From Eledone cirrhosa (lineage: Eukaryota): a stretch of DNA of 64,000 nt. The notes beneath the pieces are model-generated. The model was not told the origin of the DNA, did no database searches, and was given only the letters and a program-made list of their open reading frames with translations. The translations under genes and the position numbers were made by a program. Within the stretch, counting starts at the first letter, position 1. The number at the start of each line of letters is the position of its first letter. Of this stretch, positions 39,489-54,100 are shown piece by piece. The stretch covers positions 7,998,001-8,062,000 of the forward strand of contig OZ024763.1 of the NCBI GenBank assembly GCA_964016885.1, given 5' to 3'.

Positions 39489-42400
39489 CTACAATAAAAA
39501 CAAACAAGTTGTATATTGTACTGTGGCATAGTGCTGGGAGGGAGGAACGGTGTAGCGGTGCGCACCCCTGCAACTCCCCAGGTCTGAATATACCAGATTT
39601 CTTCTAGAGAAGGATAGAGAAAATGAGAGAGAGAATAGTAGTGTGAAAGAGATATAGAGGAAGACTTCACCCCAGTACTTAACTGGTACTTTTATATATG
39701 GCCAGACAACGGAAGAAGAAGAAGACGACAACAACAACAACCATAACAACAACATAAAGAGTTTAAACAAGACAAACCATTAGGTAGTCTTGGTAATGCA
39801 AAGTGAAGTGTGTGTGTATGTGTCGATATTATGTGTGAGTGTATGTTTAAACGTGTGTGTGTGTGTATATAGGTATACAAAGGTATGTATACACTCACCT
39901 GTAGAGAAACTTCAACACCAAATCAAGCTGTTCCAGGTTTTTACCGTAGATGAGGTCTTTCAGGTATTTTATGACAAATTGTTCGTCATCAGGTGACGGT
40001 GCTACAGTTATTACAAACATAAACATATCACTTTGAAATAATAATATAATAAATGGAGGAGTGTGGGACTGTGTCTTCAATAGGTGGATTAGCAGTATCG
40101 GTAGAGGGTTGGACGCCATGCTTTCTAGCATAGTTACGTCCCTTTACAGTCTGAGTTCAAATCCTGCCGAGGTTAACTTTGCCTTCCATCCTTACGGGGT
40201 CGATAAAATAAAGTACCAGTAATGTACTGGGATAATTGCTGGCCTTGTGCCTAAAGTAGAAACAATTATTTTATCTGTTGGTAAAATAAGTTGGATTACT
40301 TTGAATAAATAATGAATATTACATAATTTATCTACTAAATTTCGTAATTGCTGATTAAACATAAATATTCTTATATATAATTGTTTCTACTTTTTGGCAC
40401 AAGGCCAGCAATTATCCCAGTGTATTACTGGTACTTTATTTAATCGACCCCGTAAGGATGAAAGGCAAAGTTAACCTCGGCGGGATTTGAACTCAGTCCA
40501 TAAAGGGACGTAACTGCGCTGCAAAGCATGGCGTCCGACCCTCTACCGATACTGCCAATCCCCCCTTATATATAATGATTGCTTATTTTAAGATTCACTT
40601 CTTTTAAATTTTTTAAATGTCAATACTTCCGGTTATGACATAACGGACGCTATATCATATCGCTTATATAAAGGTTCATATATTTCCATCGTTATATCAT
40701 AACGTTGATATTGCGTATAATATCAATATGCACAGTACACATGCCAGCAGAAAACGACTGAAAGAGTGGTTTTCTGCTAATGATAATGATAATTTCTTTA
40801 TTGGCCACAAGGTCCTACATATAGGGGACAATACAATAGACAGACACAGTGGGAGGTTACATACATAACATGTAAAAAATATAAATAACAATAAAAATCC
40901 AAACAGAGTTCCCCAATGTGAGGGGCGGGGATAACCACCCAGAGGTGACTCAGGTACCCTACCAATCGTGAACCACCCGACGCTTCTAGAGCACCCCTCT
41001 CCTCCTCAAATTAGCCAGCCTACAGGTGCATGCTCAGAGCTGACCCATTAACAAGGGCCACTCTCACCACATTCACCCACCTTTCAGCAACTGAGAGACT
41101 TATATTATGTCACCAGAACTAAAGATGTTGACTGTCAAGACTTAAGAGTCCTCTCTATACTGTATCAGTCCCATTACCAACTATTTAAGGAGTGAACTCG
41201 GTTCATTTTATCATGTTACTAGCCCTTGAGAGGCTGTCTGTCAGGACTAAAGAGTCCTCTCTATACTGTATCCATTTTTATTCAGGAGTTACAGCTCTCC
41301 TAGAGAGATTGCCTTTGCTATGCCTTAAAGAATCCACATCTCCTTCCTGCAAGTATAATTTTAGGAGTTACTACTCTCCTAGATGGGTTGCCTTCACTAC
41401 AGCTTAGCTTATAAAATCTATTATCTTCTTCCTCCAAGTCTAATTTTGGGAGTTATTTCTCTCCTGGATGAGTTGCCTTGCTATAACTTGGCTTACAGAA
41501 TCTATTATCTTCTCCATAGAAGCATTATTTTGGGAGTTATTTCTCTCCTGGATGAGTTGCCTTTCTACAGCTTGTGGGGTCCTAAACAGTTCATATTGTT
41601 GAGAGGTAGTAGGGAAGTCAACTTACCTCGAGATGGTTGCAGCCATTCACTCAATAAGCTGCGTACTTCCTCTATTGTCACTGCACCACACAGTGTCACC
41701 ACCTCACATTGCTTCTGCCTCTCTTTCTCTTCTTGTAATTCCTTCTCCTTCTCCTTCTCTGTCTTTGGTGGTTCTACATCATGGTGGTGGCGGTGGTGGT
41801 CGTTGCCGTACAGAAACAGGTTCTGGAATACAACAGCAACAACAACAGCAATAACAACAACAGCAAGAACAACAACAACACCACAGCAATAACAACAACA
41901 GCAATAACAACAACAGCAATAACAACAACAATAATAACAGCAATAACAATAATGACACTGTGGGAGAGATGGAGTGGAGGTAAAACTATTCTCTAAAATA
42001 CTCACTTTTCTGGAGTTTGTGACAATATTTATATATCTATGGAGTTTCTTTGGTCGACCCTGAGGAACTTTGAAATTAGGGGACCTCTTGGAGGGCGACT
42101 TCTTCTTGGTGGGGGACCTCTTTTTGATGGGGGACCTCTTTTTGGGAGGAGGATTCTTCTTGGAGGGAGAACTATTCTTGGAGGGAGACAGTAAAACAAG
42201 AGGCTTCAGTTGGACGTCTGTCACTCTACTCTTGGTTGGTGACAGGAGTAAGCTAGGTGGCTCCAGCTGGACTTCACTTTCATCGTTGTCGTTGTCTTTG
42301 TTGCTGTTCTTCTTGTTCTGTCGGTCAGTTATGGCTGTTTTCATCTCTTCCTGGATGTCCTCAGGCAAAGCATTGAAACAACTTTCGTCCAGCTGGAATA

Positions 42401-45400
42401 ACAAGATTGAAATTATTGGTTTAGTGGTTAGCAATAATCCCTTTAGCATTTAAACCGGCTGAATCCGGCCAGAAATTTATCACCTCTTTCTGTTAAAACC
42501 AGCTGAAACTGGCCACTCATACTTATGTTAAGGTATTTTTCTCAAATTAAATAACATCAAAATCTCGTAGATTCAATATTATGTGAGGTAAAGCCTTTAC
42601 TGTGAAAATACAATAGTATATATAGAGTAATGTAAATGTTAAAGGGTCATAACTCTATGCTGCAAAGCAGGGTGTCCGACGCTCTACCGATTCTGCCAAT
42701 CCACCGCCCTTAAAGGTATAATAATGTTTTATGATTTCAGCACAAGGCCAGCAATTTTGGGGAGAGAGGAAAGTCGATTAAATCAACCCCAGTACATTAC
42801 TGGTACTTTATTTATCGACCCCGTAAGAAGTATAATAATGAAAGGGTTTAAACAGCACAAGAAGCCCCATTGTCTTTCTCCCTTCCCTACTAACATAGCA
42901 AACTATAAAGGGTTCCTTACCTGAGATAAATTAGGCAACAACTCCCTTTCAATCTGGGATAAATTCTGGTCTCCTTTCACTGGTCCCTCTATTGAATCAT
43001 CCTGGTTCCTGTCAGAACCTGCTGACCAATATGAACAGCCAGGTTGTTGACTGTGGCCTGCTGCTGCTGCTGCTGGTGTGACATTACCACCACCACCGCC
43101 ACCACCGCCACCACCACCAGCTTTTCTTCGGACCTTTTTTTCCTCCAAGGCGGAGGTGATTTGTCGGCGAATGTCTTCTGGAAGTTCCTTCAGAACATTC
43201 TGATCAACCTGAAATAGACAACAGAACCTTAGTGAATCCTTTTTATCGAGTGACTTGCCCCCAAAAAAACAGCCCTAATTTTATCGAGTGACTGTTGAAA
43301 GGATTCTTCAGTTGTGTTAAAGACACCACAACTCTCCCTAGTGTTGGTGATCTATACAATAACTACACCCAGTACACTCTGTAAAGTGGTTGGTGATAGG
43401 AAGGCCAGCCAGCAAGCCAGAGAAAACCTGCTGCTTGTGGTGAATACCTGTTTAGTTCTTACCTGAGAAAGAGATGGTAAAAAATCGTCAGGTTCACTGG
43501 ATGGAACTGGTTTCATCTGGTACATTCTGGTTGGGCTCAACTGGCTTGGTAGTTTCGGTAAGGGAGGTAACTGGTTACTTTGGTGTTGCCTAAAAACAAT
43601 AAACATAAAAACAATAAAAATAACCGATTCTTGGCAGAGATGCTCTGCTAGAGAACGGGTCACAGGTGGCGGGTAGTGGTAGGGTCACCTGATATGATGG
43701 GTAGTAGTGGTATATGTGGGTAACAGGTGTATGTATAAGCAACCCACCACCACCACCACCACTACTACTACCACTACCGCTACTACTACCACTACCACCA
43801 CCACCACTACCACCACCACCACTACTACTACCATCACCACCACTATCAGCAGCCCACTACCATCATCACCAATAACAACAATACCACCACCACGACCACC
43901 ACTACTACTACCACCACCACCAACACCACCACCACCACTACTACTAACCTTAACAGTTCATCTTTGAAGTTCAAGGTACCAAATTGTTTCACAGGAACTG
44001 GTTTCATGGCAGTAAAGTCATTGTCAACATCTTGAGTTGATGTCACCCTTTCTTCTTCTTCTAGTTGTTGTTGATGTTGTTGTTGCTGGTCCTTCTTCTT
44101 CTTCCTTTCGTCAAGGGGAAGTGATGTGGTGAACTGCAGTATACTTCTGGTCTTAGTACCATCACCAATCTTGTTCAGTACCGAGGTGTCTTCAAGACGC
44201 TGAATGGAAATACCGACCTATTGGAAGAACACAGTTCTTTCATTACCATATATATATATCATAAATATATCTATATACATAAATTTGAGCCAATTCCATC
44301 TGTCTGTCTATTACATAATATGTGTGTGTGTGTTTGTATGAAGGTATGTGTGTGTGTTTGTATGAAGGAATGTGTGTGTGTTTGTATGAAGGTATGTGTG
44401 TGTGTGTGTGTTTGTGTGAATGTATGTAAAACAAAAGATCGGGATGGTGAAAAAACTATAGCAAAATAAGAATTTAAGCAAATGTCCAACCACCCCCTCC
44501 TTCGTTTATTCCACACACACCCTCACCTTGAGAGTATATATATATATATATATATATACACATACATATACACACACAAATGCATCCCCCTCCCATATAT
44601 ATATTTGTTGAGTGAGCTAGATATTGGCCGAAGAATGCTGCATTTATACCAGCGGTCTTTGATAATATATATATATATATAACATTATTATCAAAGACCG
44701 GTCGATTGGCAGTATCAGTAGAGGGTCGAACGCCATGCTTTGACGCATAGAGTTACGGCCCTTGCTATTCTGAGTTCAAATCCCGTCGAGGTTAACTTTG
44801 CCTTTCATCCTTACGGGGTCGATAAAATAAAGTACCAGTAATACACTGGGATAATTGCTGGCCTTGTGCCAAAAGTAGAAACAATTATTATCAAAGACCG
44901 CTGGTATAAATGCAGCATTCTTCGGCCAATATCTAGCTCACTCAACAAATCTAGTGAATTGCAGTTATGCAGCTGCAATCACCTGTTCAGAGTGCACACA
45001 GTTTTACTGTAGAGTGTTGGCTGCGTTTTTAATTAGAGATGGATGTTAAAACTCCTGAACAATCGTTTCTGTGTAATATTTCCTTAGAAATGCAGATTGA
45101 GAGGGAAGGAGAGATATATAGAGGGTGACATGTTAACTTACTCCTCTTAAAGTGTCGACTGGTACATGAAGGGCTCTAAACAAGGTCATACACTCCCTGG
45201 CAATCCTTACACCGTTGTCAGTGGGGAGGGCTAGAGTGACGGCTCTACTGATGTTGTTACATAGACCATGGCCTGAAATAGGGAGAGATAGATAGATGTA
45301 TATATATATAGGGAGAGAGACAGAGTGACAGAGAGGGGGAGAGAGATGTAGTGAGAGGGAGAGAGAGAGACAAAGAAAGAGAGAGGGTGAGAGACAATAT

Positions 45401-46239
45401 TACACATCACTTTATTGGTAGGTAAGTAAAGATAAGTCAATATTTGATATAATACCACCACTACCACCACCACCACCACTACTACCACCGCCACCACCAC
45501 CACCACTACTACCACCACCACCACCACCACCACCACCACCACCACCACTACTACCACCACCACCACCACCACCACCACCACCACCACCACCACCACTACT
45601 ACCACCGCCACCACCACCACCACCACCACTACTACCACCACCACCACCACTACTACCACCGCCACCGCCACCACCGCCACCACCACCACCACCACCACCA
45701 CCACCACCACTATCACCACCACCACCACCACCACTACCACCACCACCACTATCACCACCACCACCACCACTATCACCACCACCACCACCACCACCACCAC
45801 CACCACCACCACCACCACCACCACTACTACCACCACAACTTACCCATGTACTTAGCTGTTTCTAATGGAGCATCCTCCCGTCTCACCATCAACTTCAGTG
45901 TTATAGACTTCCCTCTTTTATTAACATTCTTCAGCCTCTTCTCAACTTCTTCCGACAGATTCAACAGGAAATCTTCCATCTCGCTCTCCTGGCAACAACA
46001 ATAACAACAACAATAACAACAATAACAACAATAATAACAACAACAACAATAACAACAATAATGATTTCTACTAGAGGCACAAGGCCAGTAATTTTGGGGG
46101 AAGGGGAAGTCGATTAAATGTACTCCAGTACATTACTGGTACATTATTTTATCGACCCCCGTAAGGATGAAAGACAAAGTTGTGGTATATATATATATAT
46201 ATATATATATACCACACACACACACATATATATATATAC

Positions 46240-46275
<36 letters not shown>

Positions 46276-46276
46276 C

Positions 46277-46308
<32 letters not shown>

Positions 46309-46669
46309 CCACACACAGATAGATATATATATATATAATATAAGATCAAAAGATGGTTAAAGGAGTTCCATGTATTTTATTATGCGCATTTCAAAAACAA
46401 ACATCATCATGCAATAATATTTGTGTTTTCATCAGATAAAACAGGAGAACATGATATGAAGGCTAAAAACACTTGTGGATAGTGCAGTTTTAAATCAACA
46501 TATCTTTAAATCAACGATGTTTGTTTTTGAAATGCGCATAATAAAATACATGGAACTCCTTTAACCATCTTTTGATCTTATATTATGTATACTCCAGTCC
46601 TACAAACTGTAGAGTGCTTCTTATCCAATATCTGCATTGCTTTATTGTACTACAATAAAACTCACCTCC

Positions 46670-46743
<74 letters not shown>

Positions 46744-49700
46744 TTTTTAAGAATCCAATTCAATAAATAGACCACGATTTTTTCATTCTGATGATTGAAA
46801 GCAACATTTTTTGCTTTTAAGAAACCACTGGTAAATGGAATAATTGCCTTATGTTGTTTATTACATAACTATATATATATATATATATATATATACCACA
46901 CACACATATATATATATACCACACACACATATATATATATATATATATACCACACACACATATATATATATATATACCACATACACACATATATATATAT
47001 ATATACCACATACACATATATATATATACACATATACCCCACACACACACAGAAGTTACCTTATTGAATCGTATCCCATAATTCATCTCTGCCGACACTG
47101 ACTTCCTGTTGTGTTCCAGCTCCAGTGTGCGATGATCTCTTCCTCGACAACTGTTAAACAATGTCTGACCAGTCTTAGGACCAAAGTTCTGCTGTAACCT
47201 CCCCAATGGAAGCTTCTGGAGATCTTCACAGTCCTCCACACCAACACACTGTAATTTGTACATCATAGACTTGCCCACACCTGAACGGGACCAACATTTA
47301 CATTAGCACAATAGTATTAATACCATTAATAATTGTTTCTACTTTAGGCACAAGGCCAGCAATAATCCCAGTGTATTACTGGTACTTTATTTTATCGACC
47401 CCATAAGGATGAAAGGCAAAGTTAACCTCGGCGGGATTTGAACTCAGATCGTAAAGGGACGTAACTCTATGCTAAAAAGCAGATTGTCCGACGCTCTACC
47501 AATACTACCAATCCACCGCCCTGCTCACCACAATAATAATGATAAAAATATAGGCAAATTTTTACCTGGAAGATTTTTAACGAGTTGTTTCTTCATGAAA
47601 GCCTCAACATCATCTTTTTCCACAAGAAACTGTCCATTTGGTTTGGCACAGACAGTTGCTAATCTTGCTACCAAAATATTGGGACCTAAAATAAAGAAGA
47701 AGGGTTAACATCCAAAGAATACAGGAGAAATATCTTAGAGTTATAAATCCTTACTCTTTTACCTGTTCCTGTCATTCTGCTGAGGCCATGCTGGGGCACC
47801 TTCATAATTTAACCATTCCGTTACCATAATTTTAATGAAAGATTTGACTGTCTTTCATTTTTAAACCATTTTGAAATGAACAAAAATTTAGGGGGGGGGG
47901 GGGGTAATAGAAGTAATTTTCTTAAGTTGGTGTTTGGAACATAACTTAACACAGAGAGAGAGAGATATTGGATAGAAACATCATTTTTAAAGAATAATTA
48001 TTAAGGAAAAAAGAAAACATCTTATATCTGGATAAAACAACAACAGAAAAGACAACAGTAACAATAAAACTTCAAACAACAACAACAACAATACAATTTC
48101 AAGCAACAACAACAATAACAACAAGTAGAGGAACTTACCAAGGCCAGCTGAGGCTGTACATCGAGTTTTCTGAAAGATTTCCTGTCTGAGATGAGATACA
48201 AAGTGAGGTAAGGCCACACCTGTTGCTTCTAATATACTTCTACAATCTACAAACATTTCATCACAACTGATAGCTTCAATATCATGAGTATAGCTGGAAG
48301 AAATAAAAACAAATTATTGTTTAACCCTTTAGCATTTACATTACTCTATATATACTATTGTATTTTCACAGTAAAGGCTTTACCTCACATAATATCTCAC
48401 ATAACATTTACATTACTCTATATATACTATTGTATTTTCACAGTAAAGGCTTTACCTCACATAGTTACTTCACATAATATCGAATCTATGAGATTTTGAT
48501 ATTTATTTTGAGAAAAATACCGTAACATCAGTATGAATGGCCAGATATGGCCAGTTTAAATGCTACAGGATTAAACCTTTTTCTTAACAAAAAAGGGGAT
48601 CAGTGCTGATGATAATTGTTTCTACTTCTGGCACAAGGCTAGCAATTACCCAGTACATAACTGGTACTTTATTTATTGACCCTGTAAGGATGAAAGGCAA
48701 AGTAAACCTCGGCAGAATTGAGGTTAACTTTGCCTTTGACACAAAAATACCATTGAATGTATTTAATTTAAGAAAGCCAAAATTGGTATGTCTTATATAG
48801 TATAGTGTAGTATAGTATAGTATAGTATAGTGTAGTATAGTGTAGTATAGTATAGTGTAGTATAGTATAGTGTAGTATAGTATAGTGTAGTATAGTATAG
48901 TGTAGTATAGTATAGTATAGTGTAGTATAGTGTAGTGTAGTATAGTGTAGTATAGTATAGTGTAGTGTGGTATGGTATAGTGTAGTGTGGTATGGTATAG
49001 TATAGTATGATCCTGTAACTCCTGATAGAGTTGTAGGGGCGCTTTATTGACATACAGCGTTTCTTGGACATTTCTAAACCTGGCAGAGCCCATCTCTTTC
49101 CAGGTCTGAGTACAGCAGATTTCTTCCAGAGAAAGATAGAAACATGGTAATGAAAGGGTTAATACGAGAAAGGGAACCATACCTGGCAACTGTATCATAA
49201 AGGATCTTGGACACCTCCTGGTATTTGTCAAACTCGTAAGGAACTGTTATGAGGTTGGGGCAAAGTTTGAGAGCATCTCCAACAAACATTCCATTCTTGA
49301 GACCAAACTGAAATTGGTAAAACACCAGAGTTAAATGTAATATTTAAACAAAGAAGGAAGGGCCACAAACCCTAGGAAACTTTCCCCAAATAAAGGGTTG
49401 AGAGGACCCTTTAACTTTTCAGTTAAACCTCCCTAATCTTGGTGATTTACAGGCACTTTCTTTATTGACCCCGGAAGGATGGAAGTAAAGTGAACCCCAG
49501 CAGAGGTAGACACCATTGTGATCCTTCCTTCCTTGATCTAGCTGGACACCCGGGATGAGAAAGATGGAAGGGGAGAAAGGGCTGCCCCCAGTCTTAAGTT
49601 GGTTCTTTCTTTATCAATGATGAAAGGCAAAGCTGACCCCTTGGAGGGATCTGAACTCAGAACACAGAGATCCAGAACAAATACCTAGTGCTCTAATGAC

Positions 49701-51146
49701 TCTGTCAAACTGAGCACCTTAGTAACTATTACTAACTAATACTAACCAGTAATAGTAACAAGCAATACTAACCAGTAATACAAACAATACTAACCAATAA
49801 TACTAACTAGTAATACTAACAAATAAAATAATTGTTTCTATGTTTGGCACAAGGCCAGCAATTACCCAGTGCATTACTGGTACTTTATTTTATTGACCCC
49901 GTAAGGATAAAAGGCAAAGTTAACAAATAAAATAATACTAACCAGTAATACTAACCAAAACTAACCAGTAATACTAACCAAAACTAACCAGAAATACTAA
50001 CCAATGTTCAACATATAAAACACTGCTAACTCACCTGCCGACTAACATAATTACAGGAAGCAATCTCAGAGAGAGAATTAAAACTTTGTTTATTGAGAAA
50101 ATGTCTTTCTTTAGAAACATCTTTCAATCCTTCACCTCTTCCTTCCCCCTCTGTCTCACTTCCTTCCTCTGCCTCTTCCTCTTCCTCTTCCTCCAGGTTT
50201 AAGGTTTTGCTCTGACACACATCAGCTTTCATCTTCTTCAAGGCGTTCCCTCGGCAGCGTTTCGACCATTCTTTCCTCTCGTAATCCACATCAACTCCAG
50301 GTGTGTTCTCTCTCGGTCCATTTTTCCGACTGTGGGTCACTGCTACGGGCTTATCTAGGAAAAAAAATATCATCATCATCACCATCATTACCATCACCAT
50401 CACTAGCATCACCATCATCATCATCACTATCATCACCATCACTATCATCATCATCACTATCATCACCACCACCACCATTATTACCACCACCATCACCATC
50501 ATCATCATCTCCATCACTATCATCATCAGCATCAATTAATGTCTATTTTCCCTGCTAGCAATGGTTGGATGGGTCACTTAATCAGAGCTACTGACCTCAC
50601 AGATGGGTCACAACAGACCAGCCAGTACTTAATCGGAGCTACTGACCTCACAGACGGGTCACAACAGACCAGCCAGTACTTAATCGGAGCTACTGACCTC
50701 ACAGATGGGTCACAACAGACCAGCCAGTACTTAATCAGAGCTACTGACCTCACAGATGGGTCACAACAGACCAGCCAGTACTTAATCGGAGCTACTGACC
50801 TCACAGATGGGTCATAACAGACCAGCCAGTACTTAATCGGAGCTACTGACCTCACAGATGGGTCACAACAGACCAGCCAGTACTTAATCAGAGCTACTGA
50901 CCTCACAGATGGGTCACAACAGACCAGCCAGTACTTAATCAGAGCTACTGACCTCACAGATGGGTCACAACAGACCAGCCAGTACTTAATCGGAGCTACT
51001 GGCCTCACAGATGAGCCAGGGGCCACATCTTAATTAATTTGAAAGTAATTATGCTGTTATTGATAAGAAGCATTGAAATTAATGTATGCAAGATTTCACA
51101 GCTCTAGCATCACTCCTTCATAGTCAACCTAAGAACTTTTCAGCTG

Positions 51147-51186
<40 letters not shown>

Positions 51187-54100
51187 GTTAGTTGAAATGT
51201 TATATATATATATAGAGAGAGACAAGAGTTGAAATTAATGCATGCAAGATTTCACAGCTCTAGCATGCCTCTATCATAGTCAGTAAATCTAAGAAATTTT
51301 TCAGCCAAGCCTCGTAAATGAAAGAAAAAGAAAATAAAGCGATGTTACCTTTCAAATGGGGCCGATCCCGCGTTGCCACGGCAACAAAGAAGGAATCCAT
51401 GTCGATATGCATGATAAAATCTGCTGCAAGTGTTGGCGTCTGCACTTTACTGCACACTTCTTGCAGATTCTGTCTTCCGGTAAATTCCTGTGTGGCGGAA
51501 GATTTCAATTTATTCACATACTCCTTCCACTCTGCTTTCCAGGTTGAGAGGTGATGGAGACGAGAGTTGGTATAAAACTGGCGCAGGTATGCAGGGTCCT
51601 TTGCTGTCTGCGCTCGAGTGGACCCAGATTGGTGGGGACCTGGTGGGTACATAAGATATTGTATTTAGTATTTAGGTACACAGTGGGTATAGGATACATA
51701 AGACATTGTGTTGGGTATATAGGTACACAGTGGGTATAGGGTACATAAGACATTGTGTTGGGTATATAGGTACACAGTGGGTATAGGGTACATAAGACAT
51801 TGTGTTGGGTATATAGGTACACAGTGGGTATAGGGTACATAAGACATTGTGTTGGGTATATAGGTACACAGAGGGTATTATTATTTCTTTATTGTCACAA
51901 TAGTCGACATATAGGGGGCAATACAGAGACAGGGACAGTGGGGAGGGTGTTATAATAAAATCAAGTAAAAATACACAATAATAAAACAATTTATAATGAA
52001 CATATATAAATATATATAAATAATAATGATTTCTACAATTATTTTGAGAGGGGGGGAAAGTCGATTAAATCAACCCCAGTGCATCACTGGTACTTTATTT
52101 TATTGACCCCGTAAGGATGAAAGGCAAAGTTAACCTCGGCGGGATTTGAACTCAGAACATAAAGAGCCATAACTCTATGCTGCAAAGCATGATGTCCGAC
52201 GCTCTACCGATACTGCCAATCCACCGCCCTTATAATAATAATAATGATAATAATAATAATAACAACAATAATACTGAAACAGCCACCAACCTGTTTTTGT
52301 TGTGTTGTTGTTGTTTGGTGACAAGGTGCCCACATCTCCACCGTCACCTGTGACAGAAACTTCATCATCTTCAAAAGATTCATTGAATAAGTCTAATGAA
52401 GAAGAATTCAGGTCTTTGGTGGGTGGGACTGTTGTCTCTGATGGTGCCTCAGTCACAGCTGGGAGGCCAGGAGTCACTAACTGTGCCTCAGTCACAGCTG
52501 GGAGGCCAGGAGTCACACACCGTGTCTCTTCTCCGGTAGAGTTGTCAGATATTTTTCGTTTGTTTTCATTGGTTGATTCTTGAGACCAGCTGTCAGAACT
52601 GGACATGAACAGATCATCACAACTGGCGCTGTGGACTATCGTTGGCTCAAATGGACTTCTTTGTTGATCCTGGTTTAAATGAAATTAATTGAAAGGAAGG
52701 AGAACTATAGTTTAAATGTATGTATGATGATGATGATGGTGGTGGTGGTGATGGTGGTGGTAGTGGTGGTGGTGATGGTGGTGGTGGTGATGGTGGTGGT
52801 GGTGATGGTGGTGGTAGTGGTGGTGGATAATGATAATGATGGTGGCAGTGGTGATGGTGGTGGTGGTGGTGGTGGATAATGATAATGATGGTGGCGGTGG
52901 TGGTGGTGGTGATGGTGGCAGCGATGGTGGTTGTGAAGTATGATGGTGATGATGATATTATCTTGAGTGTGAAAATGTTGTATTTGTAACTTACTTCTCT
53001 CTCAATGTTGTTGTTGTTGTTGTTGTTGTTGTTGTAAGATGTTGATGTCCTCTCAGTCAACTGACCACCACCACCACCACCACCACCACTGTCGTTCCCA
53101 CCTGGACTCTCCTTAAGGTCCTGTCCAGTTTTAGAGGTCCCAGCTTTAGGGAGACATGTAGAAAACTGTGCGATTCCTCTCTGTGACTTGGACTGAGCTG
53201 AGTAGAGCAGATACGGTTGGCATGGTAACAGTCTTTCAGCTTTGATACTGTCCAAACAAGAGAAATAATAATAATAATGGTTTCTTTATTGGCCACAAGG
53301 GCTGACATGAAGAAAAACATTACAAACGGCACAGAGTGGGTTTGGGCCGTGTAAAAAGGTTATAACAAGATAGAAATGTGCAAAAAAAAAAAAAAAATAA
53401 TTGTTTCTACTTTTAGGCACAAGGCCAGCAATTACCCCAGTGCATTACTGGTACTTTATTTTATCGACCCCGTAAGGATGAAAGGCAAAGTTAACCTCGG
53501 CATGTTTCTACTTTAGGCACAAGGTCAGCAATTTGGGGAGAGGGGAAAGTGAATTAAATTAACCCCAGTGTATTACTGGTACTTTATTTTATCGACCCTG
53601 TAAGGATGAAAGGTGAAGCTAACCTCGGTGGGATTTGAACTCAGAACGTAAAGGGCCATAACTCTATGCCGCAAAACATGGCGTCTGACCCTCTACCAAC
53701 AATAATAATAATAATGTAATCTCATAGAAACCATACGTATAACCAACGACAACATCAATGCCATAATTTCACAGCTCTAGCATCACTCTTTCGAATATTT
53801 CAGCCCACCTTCATATGTACCTGTATGTGTGTATAATACAGTAGAGTGAGGAGGTAACAGACTCACCTGTCCAATATCCAATCAGGGTGGACCACCCTGT
53901 AGTTCTTCAAAGCAGTAATCTTACTGTCAGCTAAGTTGGTTGTGATAATGTGGGTGACCATCTTCTTACTGAGATACATCTCCCAGTGACCTCCATGGAC
54001 CATCATCAGACGTTTCAGTTCATCACTGCTTGGTTCTGAAATAGAAACACTTCCATCATTCATCATCAACACAATCATCATTGTCATCATCATCATTATC

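Noticed and set aside
53248-53874. TTGGACAG at both the end of REV1 exon 3 and the end of intron 3 (intron gain by duplication?)
   Set aside because: Only 8 bp including the obligatory CAG, and the intron position appears ancestral from memory; probably coincidence.
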